DNA of 64,000 nt, taken from a virus. The position numbers and the translations under genes are program-made. Positions 35,236-44,760 of this stretch are shown piece by piece. Under the pieces are notes generated by a model. It searched no databases and was not told the origin of the DNA. It was given only the letters and a program-made list of their open reading frames with translations. The stretch's first letter is position 1, and the number at the start of each line of letters is the position of its first letter. The DNA lies in the IMG/VR virus record IMGVR_UViG_647000328_000003, positions 8,078 to 72,077 of that record; one strand, written 5' to 3'.

Positions 35236-36929
35236 GCCGCCAACGCAGGCTGAGAGCCCCAGCCCGCCGGCTCCTCCTCCTCCGGGTCCTCCGACTGGCC
35301 CTCGTCGAAGCCCGGCTCGACCTCGTCGTCAGGCTCCTCCTCGTTCGGCTCCCCGCCGCGGGTGTTGAACGGATCCCCGGATGGCGTCTGCGCCTTGTCG
35401 TCGCGGATGCGCCGCACCTCCGTCAACACTTCCGCGTCATCCCAGGACGGCTCTCGCATCTTTACCTTCATGAACGTGCTGATTGCCCCAGCCGCGTCCA
35501 GCAGCGAAAGGGTGCGCGCGGTGGCCTCCGGGTCCGGTTGCACCGCCTGCGGCCAACTCGCGGTCAGCTCCGCCGCCGGATCCACACCCTTCGCCCGGCA
35601 GTGCGTCACATCCACCCACATCAGGGTCGTCAGATGCTCCAGCAGCGCCGGCCGCTGGTACAGGATCTTCAGACCGCGGGTCGTCAGCGACTCCTCCTTG
35701 CGGGCCGCCACTTCCGTCGCCGTCACCGCCACCGAGCCTTCCTCGCCATACGACTGGGCCGAATAGCCGGCCGACGCCAGGATCTGACGGCGCAGAGCCT
35801 TCGTGGTCCGCTCATGCTCCTCGACTCGGATCTTGAACTGAAGCTCGGTGATTGACTCGCTAATCGGTTTCTGGGCATCACCCAGAAACCCGCTCACCGC
35901 AACCAGCAGTTCCCTGTCGAAGTCGAATGAGGAACCGTTCCCCGGCCCATTGGTGTCGAGCATCTCCTGCGGCACCACCACCCTGGCCTTGCCCAGCCGT
36001 AGATCGCGCATCCAAGACGTCCAGCCCTCATCGAGCGCATCCATCATCGGCTCGATGCCCGCATAGTCGGAGCGGCCCAACGGGGCCGTGTCCGGCACTC
36101 CGTCCCATACTCGGTTCGGGAGGACGTTCGGCATGTGCGTGATCAGCAGCCGGTCCACGCCCGTCGCCTGCCGGCCCTGGCTGTCGGTGCGGCTCGCCAG
36201 GAACTCTGTCTCGTGATGGTCCGAGAACTCCATTAGCATGCCGAGCGTCGCATGGTCGCCCTTGTAGACCCCGTAATCGATAGCCCCCGGGGTGTGGTAC
36301 TCCAGCAGCCGCCACACCCCCCCGGCGTCGTCCAGCGGCTCCAGCTCCCGCCACACCGTCGCCGCCGCCAGCATCCCCCAACGCCACTCCGGCACCACTG
36401 CGTTCGCCTGGATCACATCCGACCATGGGCGGGGGCGCAGCGACGTGTCCCAGACGGCCCGCAGGTACACGTTCGACAACCCGGCGGCCAGCTCGGCGGC
36501 TTCCCGGAACTTCGCGTGCCCCCGGTCGTCGAGGTACCGGCCGATCTGCGCCTGCGTGGTCTCCGCCGTGGCCTTGTCTGTCGAGTCGAGGTCGACCGTC
36601 ACTTGTGGGACCTCAGCCCACAGGAGGTTCGCGGACATCTCCGCAATGTCCCCGCCGATCGGCACATGCAGTTTCGCCGCCTGCTGCCCCGGTGACGGGT
36701 CCTGCCCCCAGAACATCCTGAGCTCGTCGCCGCCCACCGCGCGCCGCTTGTCGACGTCGAAGAACGCGCGGGCCACACCATTCCGCGTGTAGGCCGCCGG
36801 CCCGCCGTACACCTGCGCCAGATGCCCGGTGTCTCCGGCGTACCAGGCCCGCCACATGTCCATGTCGGCGTGCGGAATCTCCAGACGAGGGGGCGGCCAC
36901 GGGGTGTTCCCAGACGGAGGCAGCGGCAT
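35232..36929 (-). CDS. Portal protein (SPP1 gp6-like)
   Basis: WRAWYAG..LHVPIGGDIAEMSANLLW..GRSDYAGIEPMMDALDE; acidic tail; follows terL. Confidence 0.9.
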   Translation of the reverse strand: MPLPPSGNTPWPPPRLEIPHADMDMWRAWYAGDTGHLAQVYGGPAAYTRNGVARAFFDVDKRRAVGGDELRMFWGQDPSPGQQAAKLHVPIGGDIAEMSANLLWAEVPQVTVDLDSTDKATAETTQAQIGRYLDDRGHAKFREAAELAAGLSNVYLRAVWDTSLRPRPWSDVIQANAVVPEWRWGMLAAATVWRELEPLDDAGGVWRLLEYHTPGAIDYGVYKGDHATLGMLMEFSDHHETEFLASRTDSQGRQATGVDRLLITHMPNVLPNRVWDGVPDTAPLGRSDYAGIEPMMDALDEGWTSWMRDLRLGKARVVVPQEMLDTNGPGNGSSFDFDRELLVAVSGFLGDAQKPISESITELQFKIRVEEHERTTKALRRQILASAGYSAQSYGEEGSVAVTATEVAARKEESLTTRGLKILYQRPALLEHLTTLMWVDVTHCRAKGVDPAAELTASWPQAVQPDPEATARTLSLLDAAGAISTFMKVKMREPSWDDAEVLTEVRRIRDDKAQTPSGDPFNTRGGEPNEEEPDDEVEPGFDEGQSEDPEEEEPAGWGSQPALAA

Positions 36930-36944
36930 GACGGTTCCTTTCAG

Positions 36945-38195
36945 TCAGGCGGCCAGGGCGAGCTGGCGCTGCCACAGGGCACGAGTAGTGAAGATCGCGT
37001 AGCGGAGGGCGTCGACACCATGGTCAGCAACCTTGATCGGGCGGTCCTCGCCCTTCTCGGCCGCCTTGTCATCCCAGGCGTAGCCGGGCATCTCGCCGAT
37101 CAGCGCCTTGCACGAGGAGTGGACGACGAGCTTGCCTGCCGAGAGGAGGCTGGCCATGGTGCGGATGCCGTCCAGCACGGCGTTGTTCGCCGGGGTCGGG
37201 GTGAGCCTGTCGCGCCGCAACTGGGCAGAGAACGAAGCCGCCGAAGGGTCCACCGTCACGAACTGAGGGCGGACTGGGCCGATGCCAGCGACGTTCGACA
37301 GCCAACCCCGCATGCGCTCCGAGTACTCGATGTCGGTGAGCTGGCGCCGCTGCTGGCGGCCGTCGTACCGCCACTCGGAAGCCGCGTACAGCCGACGGTC
37401 TCGGCCCAGGCCGAGGAGTGTGGCGTGGAACGGGTTCGTCTGGCCGTAGTCGACGCCAACGCTGATCCACTTGGCGATCTCGGGCAGCGTGTCGACGACG
37501 TGCTTCTCTTCGTCCCACATGTCGAAGATGGACCCTTCGGCGGCGATCCACTCGCCGAGGACGAAGCGGCGGTACCAGAGGCCCACGAACTCGTTTTTGA
37601 TCGAGTTCTTGTAGTCGTCGCCCAGAGACGGGTTGTCGTCGAGCACGTAGTGCCAGTACCGGATGCCTAGTTCGTCACGGCGGTCGATGAAGTCCCGCTT
37701 TAGCCAATGGGCCGGCGACCCGGGATTGGTGGAGGCAAAGAGCTTCGCCCCGGGCACGCTCATGCGGCCCAGCAACTGTGTCCAGAACTCTTGCGGTACG
37801 AGCGTCGCCTCGTCGACGAGGGCGCCTGCGCAGGTCATTCCGCGAAGGCGCTCCTCCGCCCTGCTGTCATTGGCCCCGATGACCCGGACCTGCCGACCCA
37901 GGATGGTCGCGGTCGGCGCACCCCGCGTGTAGTGCACGTGCTGCGCCAGCGGGCCGAAGAGGTTCGGGTCCTGGAGAGGGATGAAGACGTTCGACGCCGC
38001 GGTGTTGGTGGTCTTCGCGATGACCGCGAGCTCGCCGCCGGAAGGCGCCGTTGCCACGTACATGATCCACCGCAGCAGCGTGGAGATGGTCTTGCCAGCA
38101 CGGATTGACCCGGAAGCGATGTTGATTCGTGCGTTGCTGTTCGCAACGAAGTCCAACTGCTTCCGGGACATTCCGAGATCGGCGGCGTTCAGCAC
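36945..38195 (-). CDS. terL: Terminase large subunit
   Basis: Walker A GSIRAGKT, LRGMTCAGALVDEAT, STNPGSP, nuclease VGVDYG...DHGVDALRY; GTG start at 38195 overlapping the HNH stop. Confidence 0.93.
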   Translation of the reverse strand: MLNAADLGMSRKQLDFVANSNARINIASGSIRAGKTISTLLRWIMYVATAPSGGELAVIAKTTNTAASNVFIPLQDPNLFGPLAQHVHYTRGAPTATILGRQVRVIGANDSRAEERLRGMTCAGALVDEATLVPQEFWTQLLGRMSVPGAKLFASTNPGSPAHWLKRDFIDRRDELGIRYWHYVLDDNPSLGDDYKNSIKNEFVGLWYRRFVLGEWIAAEGSIFDMWDEEKHVVDTLPEIAKWISVGVDYGQTNPFHATLLGLGRDRRLYAASEWRYDGRQQRRQLTDIEYSERMRGWLSNVAGIGPVRPQFVTVDPSAASFSAQLRRDRLTPTPANNAVLDGIRTMASLLSAGKLVVHSSCKALIGEMPGYAWDDKAAEKGEDRPIKVADHGVDALRYAIFTTRALWQRQLALAA

Positions 38196-39064
38196 AGCAG
38201 GCCCAGAAGGAGACGGAACCGCGTACCACATCGAGCATGCTTCGTCAGATTGCAGTGACCGCACGCCATGGCCAGGTTCCACCAGTGGTCAGTGCCGCCC
38301 TTACTGAGAGGGAACTGGTGGTCAATCTGCATCGCAGCGGTACGGCCTCCGCAGTACGCGCAGGGATCAGTCGCGATCGCTGCTCGATAGGCGGTCGATA
38401 TGGCCTTGTCGAATTTGGTCATGCCTCGCGCTGCTTGGTACCTGCGTCGCGCCGTCTTCGCCTTGAACGGAATCGGGTCGTCCTGGTAGTCCTGGCGCTG
38501 CCGATGCAACCGACACAGGCTGCGGTACTGAGCGTGCTTGCTGCACCCGTCGGCAGCACATTCTCCGCCCTTCGCGGTCTTCAGGGGCTGTTCGATGGGC
38601 GTGCCCGTCAGAACTCGACGTCGGTGGAAATGGCACATCCCGACCGCCGAATACGGTCGCTCGCAGCCCTCCACCGCGCATGGCCGGATGACCTTCCGGG
38701 ACAGGACCACGTGGGGGTCTCCGTGCTGACGCCAGCGCGCGTAGTGCTTCGTGCACCAACCGCGCTTGCGGGCGGGCTCGTCGCAATCTTCGATCGCACA
38801 CGCTTGGCCAAGGTTCGCGACCTTGAGAGGGGCCGCCATGGGGAGGCCGTTGCGCTGCCGCTGCCAGTGAAGCGAGCAGAGCCCCTTGCCTGCAACGCTG
38901 CGCTCGCAATCCTCGGCGGAACAGGTGAGGCCAGCCCGTTCCTGCCGCAGCAGACCAGCGGTCAGGGGGAGGCCCTTCCTCTGCCGATAGAGGTGGGTGT
39001 CGCAGAGCCCGTGACCCTTGTGCGGTCGTTCGCATCCGGGCACGTCGCAGGTACGCTTGGTCAT
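38189..39064 (-). CDS. HNH endonuclease with five tandem Cys/His Zn-binding repeats
   Basis: Repeats CxxxxCxxxxxxxxxCxxH; C-terminal CAYCG...IDHQFPLSKGGTDHWWNLAMACGHCNLTK; GAGGAG RBS. Confidence 0.9.
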   Translation of the reverse strand: MTKRTCDVPGCERPHKGHGLCDTHLYRQRKGLPLTAGLLRQERAGLTCSAEDCERSVAGKGLCSLHWQRQRNGLPMAAPLKVANLGQACAIEDCDEPARKRGWCTKHYARWRQHGDPHVVLSRKVIRPCAVEGCERPYSAVGMCHFHRRRVLTGTPIEQPLKTAKGGECAADGCSKHAQYRSLCRLHRQRQDYQDDPIPFKAKTARRRYQAARGMTKFDKAISTAYRAAIATDPCAYCGGRTAAMQIDHQFPLSKGGTDHWWNLAMACGHCNLTKHARCGTRFRLLLGLLC

Positions 39065-39189
39065 GTCGGCACTCCTCGAAAGTGTCGGCCGTGCCCCCGG
39101 ACGGTTGCCCCCGTCGCGGGGGTCCTGTATGTAGTTTGACCTGCCAATTCTACCAATTTGGCGACGTGTTTGAGTGCTCGTCAGCCTTG

Positions 39190-39738
39190 TCACAGCTCGA
39201 CCTCGGGAGGCGTTTCGGCGCCCTCGTTGACGATGGCGCTGATGCCCTGTGCAAGCTTCCCAAGCATCGACTTGGCCTCGTCGGCGCCGCCGGTGGCCTG
39301 CTCGGGGGGTGCGAGCTTGAGGCTGCGGTCGATGGCGGCGCCGGCGGCCATGATGAGGATGCGCCGCTCGGCGTGGGGGGCTTCGAGGAAGGTCTCGGAG
39401 TTGAAGCTGTTCTCCTTGCCGCCGAAGGCGTACACGGTGGTCGGCTCGTGGATCTTCTGGAGCGACTCCTCGGCGATGTCGGTGAGTTTTTCGGCGAGGA
39501 GAGACCGGCGTTCGGCGAGGTCGGCGACGCGCGCCACTGTTGCTGCCTGGATGGCGGACCGGTCGAAGGTGAGGCCGAGGTGTTCGGCGGTGCGGGAGAC
39601 GCAGCCGGTGGCTATGCCCATCTCGCGGGCGATGACGTTGCGGCCTTTCCCTTCGGCGTGGAGTTCCCGGAGCTCATCCCACCGGTCGCGGGCCATCGTC
39701 CCGCGGGGCTTCGGCGGCTCCTGCTTGTCGTCGGCCAT
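39190..39738 (-). CDS. terS: Terminase small subunit (HTH)
   Basis: HTH GKGRNVIAREMGIATGCVSR; helical oligomerisation region; GGAGGG RBS; upstream of terL. Confidence 0.75.
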   Translation of the reverse strand: MADDKQEPPKPRGTMARDRWDELRELHAEGKGRNVIAREMGIATGCVSRTAEHLGLTFDRSAIQAATVARVADLAERRSLLAEKLTDIAEESLQKIHEPTTVYAFGGKENSFNSETFLEAPHAERRILIMAAGAAIDRSLKLAPPEQATGGADEAKSMLGKLAQGISAIVNEGAETPPEVEL

Positions 39739-40616
39739 CAGGCCCTCCGTTCGTTTCGTGCGGCCCGGCGCAGCAGGGCGGGTAGTCGTGTGCCGTCGAC
39801 GGGCCAGGTGGGGGAGTAGGGGATAGTCCAGCAGCGGCAGTGCGGGTGCAGCGGGGGCCCCAGCGGGGCGGTGGCGAACACAGTGCGCCGCGGGTCGAGG
39901 GAGAGGGCGGCGGGGAACCGGCGGCCGGCAATGACGCTGCGGCCGGCGTAGGCGGCGCAGGCGGGGCACGCCCCGGGCTCAGCGACCCACAGGAGCCGGG
40001 TGGTGGGCCCGATGGCGCGTGCGACCGCTGCGGCGGCGTATGCGGCGGCGCTGGTGACGGCGACAGCGGCGTGGCGGGCGATGCGGGTGACGGCACGCCT
40101 GGCCCTGTTGAACACCCCTGCGACACCCGCGAATCCGAGGGCGGTGACGCTCGCCGCTGTCAGGAGCGCCAGAGCGCGGTGGTGCTCGTCCTCGACGGCG
40201 GCAGGAACAGCGTCGGCGGCGGCCGTGGCCTCCGGGCCGATGACGGGCTGCACCGGCGGGACGGGCTCTCCACTCGTCGCTGCGGCGAGCGCGGAGGCCT
40301 GCTTGGCGCTGAGCTGTGCGGAGCTGAAAGCGGCGATGCGGATGGTGTCCGCGGCCAGTTTGCCCTTGCCGCGAAAGGCGTCAGCGAGCAGTCGCTTGAT
40401 GGCTGCGATGAGTCGGTCGAGGGCGCTGGGCGGCGGGAGGGCCTGCCGGCTGGTGGCGTGGAGCCACTGCCGGGTGGCCGTCTTCTGAGCGGCTGTGAGC
40501 GCGGCGGCGAGGGGCTGTGCGGCGTCGCTGGCGGCTTGCTGCTCAATGCGGCGCAGTGCGGCGGGGAGTTGCCGTGCCGTGTCGGCTATCCGGTTGCTGC
40601 TGACCACCCTCACCAC
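39738..40616 (-). CDS. Mu gpF/SPP1 gp7-like minor head protein
   Basis: WVAEPGACPAC...PPLHPHCRC motif; TGATG coupling to terS. Confidence 0.85.
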   Translation of the reverse strand: MVRVVSSNRIADTARQLPAALRRIEQQAASDAAQPLAAALTAAQKTATRQWLHATSRQALPPPSALDRLIAAIKRLLADAFRGKGKLAADTIRIAAFSSAQLSAKQASALAAATSGEPVPPVQPVIGPEATAAADAVPAAVEDEHHRALALLTAASVTALGFAGVAGVFNRARRAVTRIARHAAVAVTSAAAYAAAAVARAIGPTTRLLWVAEPGACPACAAYAGRSVIAGRRFPAALSLDPRRTVFATAPLGPPLHPHCRCWTIPYSPTWPVDGTRLPALLRRAARNERRA

Positions 40617-40624
40617 CCCCTTGA

Positions 40625-40641
40625 TCCTTAGATTCTAAGGA
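40625..40641. promoter_or_regulatory. Perfect palindrome TCCTTAGA-T-TCTAAGGA in the AT-rich divergent late intergenic region
   Basis: Seen directly. Confidence 0.6.
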
Positions 40642-40762
40642 CATCTTGCGCTATGACCTTTGATTGTGCAGCATTGTGGTGGGTTCAGGGTTAACATCTG
40701 GGCTAACACGCCAGCGGACAAGGCGCCGCAACCGCGTGCAGGCCGCCCAAGGAGGCACCGAG

Positions 40763-41554
40763 ATGACGACCCCCGCCCCCGCAGCACCCGAGGGAACCAC
40801 GGCAGACCCCGGCACCCAGCCGGCCAACCCGCCCACACCCCCGGCCGCACCAACTGCACCGGCCCAGCCAGAGCCGGCGGCACCCACCACCGAGCCCAGC
40901 GAACCGAACCAGCCCGAACCCAAGGCCAAGGCGCCCAAGTTCGAAGGCGACTTCGACCCCGCCCGGTTCGAAAAGCTCGTCGAGAACCTCCGTGGCGACG
41001 TCGCAGCCGAGAGGGCCAAGCGCGAAGCTCTGGAACAGAAGGCCAAGGACGACCAGGACGCCCTCATGAAGCGGGTGGCCACGGCGTTCGGCCTGGAGAC
41101 CGACGAGGCCAAGCCGCCCACCCCCGAAGAACTCGCCAAGCAGCTGGACGAGGCCCGCGGAGAGACCAAGGAGTCCCGCGCGCAGGCCCGTCAGACGCAG
41201 GTGGAGCTTGCCGTCTACAAGACGGCCGGGAAGCACGGCGGCGACCCTGACGCACTGCTCGACTCACGATCCTTCGCCAACGCCATCTCGAAGCTCGACC
41301 CGACTGCGGCCGACTTCGACGAGCAGGTCGGCAAGGCAGTGAAGACGGCAGTCGACTCCAACAAGAAGCTCGCGGCCAAGGCGCCGGAGCCGAAGGAGCC
41401 GGAGCCCACCCCCGCAGGTGGCGCACCGATGGACGGGGCCGGTGGGAGCAAGAAGCAGCTGGGCGAGGCGGACGTAGCTCGCATGACTCCCAAGCAGATC
41501 AACCAGGCCATGACCGAAGGGCGGCTCGACCGCTACCTGGGCAGGGCCGGATAA
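40763..41554 (+). CDS. Capsid scaffolding protein
   Basis: Pro/Ala-rich N-terminus, coiled coil, DPDALLDSRSF; AAGGAGG RBS; precedes MCP. Confidence 0.85.
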   Translation: MTTPAPAAPEGTTADPGTQPANPPTPPAAPTAPAQPEPAAPTTEPSEPNQPEPKAKAPKFEGDFDPARFEKLVENLRGDVAAERAKREALEQKAKDDQDALMKRVATAFGLETDEAKPPTPEELAKQLDEARGETKESRAQARQTQVELAVYKTAGKHGGDPDALLDSRSFANAISKLDPTAADFDEQVGKAVKTAVDSNKKLAAKAPEPKEPEPTPAGGAPMDGAGGSKKQLGEADVARMTPKQINQAMTEGRLDRYLGRAG

Positions 41555-41563
41555 GGACCCACC

Positions 41564-42424
41564 ATGTCCGTCGCGCTGTTCAAGCCCCAGATCTGGTCCG
41601 CCCAGATCCTGGCCGGTCTGGACGAGGCACTCGTCTACGCGCAGCCCCAGATCGTCAACCGCGACTACGAGGGCGAGATCACCTCGCAGGGCCAGTCGGT
41701 GCGGATCGTCACCATCGGCGACCCGTCGATCTTCCCCTACAAGTCCGGCGACACGATCAACTACGAAGACATCGACACCGCCGGGCTGGACCTGCCCATC
41801 GACCAGGGTGACGCGTTCGCGTTCAAGCTCGACGACGTCGACAAGGCGCAGGTCGCCCTCAACCCGATGGCGAAGACCACCCAGCGCGCGGCACGGAAGC
41901 TCGCCGCCCAGGCCGACCGGTACGTCGCCTCCCTGTACACCGGGGTCGCCCCGTCCAACGTCGTCGGCTCCTCCGGCTCCCCGGTCAACATCACGACGAA
42001 CCCCAAGGACGCGTGGGACAAGGTCCTCATCCCGCTCCGCACCAAGCTCAACCGGGCCAACGTCCCCGGCATGGACCGGTACGTCGTCGTGTCGCCCGAG
42101 TTCACGGGGGCGCTTCTCCAGGACGACAGGTTCGTCCGCGTCGACGCCTCTGGGTCATCCGAAGGGCTCCGCAACGGCATCGTCGGCAAGGCCGCCGGCT
42201 TCGACGTCCTGGAGTCCAACGTCACCCCGAACCCCTCGGCCGACACCCAGGTCATCCAGGCCGGATACCCCGGGGCCCTCACCTTTGTGGACCAGATCCT
42301 GGAGACCGAGGCGCTGCGCCTGGAGTCGACGATCGCCGACGCCGTCCGAGGCCTCCACGTGTACGGCGCGAAGCTGATCCGCCCCGAGGGCATCGCCGTC
42401 GCCTACGTCGACCCGTCCGCCTGA
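41564..42424 (+). CDS. Major capsid protein (P22 coat-like/HK97 fold)
   Basis: FKPQIWSAQIL...NRDYEGEI..G.SVRI...DAVRGLHVYGAKLIRPE. Confidence 0.92.
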   Translation: MSVALFKPQIWSAQILAGLDEALVYAQPQIVNRDYEGEITSQGQSVRIVTIGDPSIFPYKSGDTINYEDIDTAGLDLPIDQGDAFAFKLDDVDKAQVALNPMAKTTQRAARKLAAQADRYVASLYTGVAPSNVVGSSGSPVNITTNPKDAWDKVLIPLRTKLNRANVPGMDRYVVVSPEFTGALLQDDRFVRVDASGSSEGLRNGIVGKAAGFDVLESNVTPNPSADTQVIQAGYPGALTFVDQILETEALRLESTIADAVRGLHVYGAKLIRPEGIAVAYVDPSA

Positions 42425-42464
42425 TCCCTCCCACCACCTCGTCGGCGTTCTCTCTGGAGGAATC

Positions 42465-42839
42465 ATGCCGCGCACTGCTCTCACTCCGACCAACCTCGGC
42501 GTCACCGACGTCGCCGACCCGACCGGCACCACGGTCGACTCGACACTCGTCACGAACGGCGTCGTCATCAACACCGCCGACCCGTCCCGCACCGTGCTGC
42601 GCGTCACGAACTCGGCCGGCTCCACCAAGAAAGTCACCGTCCGCGCCGGCGGCAAGGACGGCCCGGCCTGGATGCGCACCCAGGGCGACACCGAGGTGTC
42701 CGTCGCCGCGTCCGGCACCCGGTGGATTGGCCCGTTCTCCGAGGCCCGATACCTCCAGCACGGCGGCAAGCTGAACATCGACTTCGAGTCCGGGTTCACC
42801 GGCACTGTCACCGCGTTCAAGCTCGCCCGGAGCCTGTGA
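42465..42839 (+). CDS. Virion structural protein (decoration-like)
   Basis: Beta-rich; directly after MCP; GGAGG RBS. Confidence 0.7.
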   Translation: MPRTALTPTNLGVTDVADPTGTTVDSTLVTNGVVINTADPSRTVLRVTNSAGSTKKVTVRAGGKDGPAWMRTQGDTEVSVAASGTRWIGPFSEARYLQHGGKLNIDFESGFTGTVTAFKLARSL

Positions 42840-43516
42840 TGGCAGCCCGCGAGTATGTCGGCGCGGGTGGCATGCGGGTCCTGCTCGACGAGCCCCTCGA
42901 CCCGATGATGGCCGCCCAGGTCCACCGGGGCGAGCTGCGCCTGGCGGAGGACGGTGACCCGCTGCTGGACCCGGACCAGAAGGTGCAGCCGCAGGTCATC
43001 CAGCACGGCGCGGACGCCCCCGCAGCCACCCGGGTCGGGAAGAACGTGCACGGGGCGGCGGAGAAGCCGGAACCAGGCGACCACACCGGAGCGTGGGCCA
43101 CCTACGCGGTGCGCCTCGGGCTGCTCGCCACGAAGGCGTCCACCATGTCCCACCAGCAGCTGCTGGAGTGGGTGGAGGCCGTCGAGGAGACCGACACGGG
43201 TGTTGTCGGTGACGCGGGCGAGGGAGTCCGCGGTCCGGAGCATGCGAGCGTCGACGGCCGACCCAGCGAGGTGCGCGGCGACGTGCACCCGAAGCCGGAG
43301 CCCCAGAAGTCCGACGCGCCAGCGGAAGAGGGTGACGGCGAGTCGTCGGCGGACCTGCCGAAGAAGCCCGCGGCGAACGCCAAAGTCGACACGTGGCGGG
43401 GGTATGCCGTCGCGCTGGGCATGGACCCGGACGAGGCGAAGGACGCCACCAAGCAGGAGTGCCAGGACTACGCCCAGGTCGTCGAGGACGCCCGCGACCC
43501 CGAGGGCCAGGAGTAG
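42839..43516 (+). CDS. Head-associated hypothetical protein with two short helical repeat domains
   Basis: TGATG coupling; GAWATYAVRLG / DTWRGYAVALG internal repeat. Confidence 0.7.
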   Translation: MAAREYVGAGGMRVLLDEPLDPMMAAQVHRGELRLAEDGDPLLDPDQKVQPQVIQHGADAPAATRVGKNVHGAAEKPEPGDHTGAWATYAVRLGLLATKASTMSHQQLLEWVEAVEETDTGVVGDAGEGVRGPEHASVDGRPSEVRGDVHPKPEPQKSDAPAEEGDGESSADLPKKPAANAKVDTWRGYAVALGMDPDEAKDATKQECQDYAQVVEDARDPEGQE

Positions 43517-43519
43517 CCG

Positions 43520-43891
43520 GTGCCCTACGCGACTGTCCCCGATCTCGCAGCGTGGCTGGCCCCCGAGCCGGCCCCGCCGAACGCCCTGCGCCTGCTGACG
43601 TTGGCGTCGCAACGTGTCGACCGCACCCTGCTCGGTGCCTGGTACGACCGCGACGACGCCGAAGTGGTGGAGGTGCTGCGGCAGGCGACGGTCCAGCAGG
43701 TGCACTGGATGCTAGACCGGGGCGACGAGACCGAGGCCGAGTCGGATTTGCAGGCGATGTCGACGGGGCAGCGGTCGTTCTCGAAACGGGCGCTCCGGAA
43801 CGGGGAGCAGCCGCAGAGGTTGGCCTCGTCCGTCGGTGATCTGCTGCGCACGTGCGGGCTGTTCCGGTTCGATCCGCTGGTGGTGGGCTGA
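43520..43891 (+). CDS. Head-tail connector (adaptor)
   Basis: MPYATVPDL..LLTLASQRVD; position. Confidence 0.75.
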   Translation: MPYATVPDLAAWLAPEPAPPNALRLLTLASQRVDRTLLGAWYDRDDAEVVEVLRQATVQQVHWMLDRGDETEAESDLQAMSTGQRSFSKRALRNGEQPQRLASSVGDLLRTCGLFRFDPLVVG

Positions 43892-44229
43892 TGCCGGGCC
43901 ACATCGGACGCCAAACCGTCGTGCTCGTCGATGCTCCGCTGGTCGACGGCGACTACAACACGCAGGTGCGGGACTGGGCTCACGCCACCCGAACCCCTGT
44001 GTACGGATGCTCCGTCGACTACGTGTCGTCCACGGAGTCCCGTGAGGCGCGCGACCAGACCGTCACCGCGGCCCAGTTGGACATGCCGCGCCGCGCCCCT
44101 CGGGTGTCGGAGTGGTCGCGGGTGGAGTGGGACGGGCGCACCTGGGAGGTCGACGGGGTTCCGCGCGATGTTCAGGTGGCTGGCCCGCTGTCGGGGCAGA
44201 CGGTGCGGCTGCTGGAGGTGGCCGGGTGA
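43891..44229 (+). CDS. Head-tail stopper
   Basis: RVEWDGRTWEVDGVP; TGATG coupling. Confidence 0.75.
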   Translation: MPGHIGRQTVVLVDAPLVDGDYNTQVRDWAHATRTPVYGCSVDYVSSTESREARDQTVTAAQLDMPRRAPRVSEWSRVEWDGRTWEVDGVPRDVQVAGPLSGQTVRLLEVAG

Positions 44230-44552
44230 GCATCCGTATCGACCTCGACGAGGACGCCATCGACGGGCTGGTCCACGACCCGGCGGTACAGGCCGACCTG
44301 GCGGCCCGTGCGGACGCCGTGGTCGGGCTGGCGAAGCTGACTGCCCCGGTCGACACGGGCCTGTACCGGGACACCATCCAACGGGTCGAACGCCCGAACC
44401 CGGACACGGGCGCGGTGCATGTGGACGCTCCTGTCCACTACGCGATCTACGTGGAGTACGGCACCCGGCAGACCGACCGGAACGGCCGCCGCATTCATCT
44501 GCCGAATCACACGCTCGGCAACGCTCTCGACGCCGCAGGAGGCGACCACTGA
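44226..44552 (+). CDS. HK97 gp10-like tail completion protein
   Basis: APVDTGLYRDTI...HYAIYVEYGT. Confidence 0.85.
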   Translation: MSIRIDLDEDAIDGLVHDPAVQADLAARADAVVGLAKLTAPVDTGLYRDTIQRVERPNPDTGAVHVDAPVHYAIYVEYGTRQTDRNGRRIHLPNHTLGNALDAAGGDH

Positions 44553-44758
44553 TGTCCGACACCGTGAAGATGCGCCTCACGTTCCCCCGGGGTAAGCAGC
44601 AGCCGGGCGAGACCGTAGAGGTCCCGGCCGACGAGGTCCACCGCTGGAAGGGCTTCGCCGAAGTCGTCAACGACAAGAAGGACGACGAAGCCGCCAAGAC
44701 CGTCGGGGAGAAGAACCTGACGACCGGCAGCCAGCCGCAAAAGGCCGCAGGCAAGTAG
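44552..44758 (+). CDS. Small virion-region protein
   Basis: AGGAGG RBS; TGATG coupling. Confidence 0.7.
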   Translation: MSDTVKMRLTFPRGKQQPGETVEVPADEVHRWKGFAEVVNDKKDDEAAKTVGEKNLTTGSQPQKAAGK

Positions 44759-44760
44759 CC

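Noticed and set aside
38189-39193. HNH as an intron-encoded ORF within a split terL
   Set aside because: terL appears complete from its own GTG at 38195 including Walker A, the upstream frame after terS does not resemble a terL exon, and no group I core was recognised
35232-40616. Invertible (recombinase-flipped) packaging segment
   Set aside because: No flanking inverted repeats or invertase seen, and flipping would not give the canonical order
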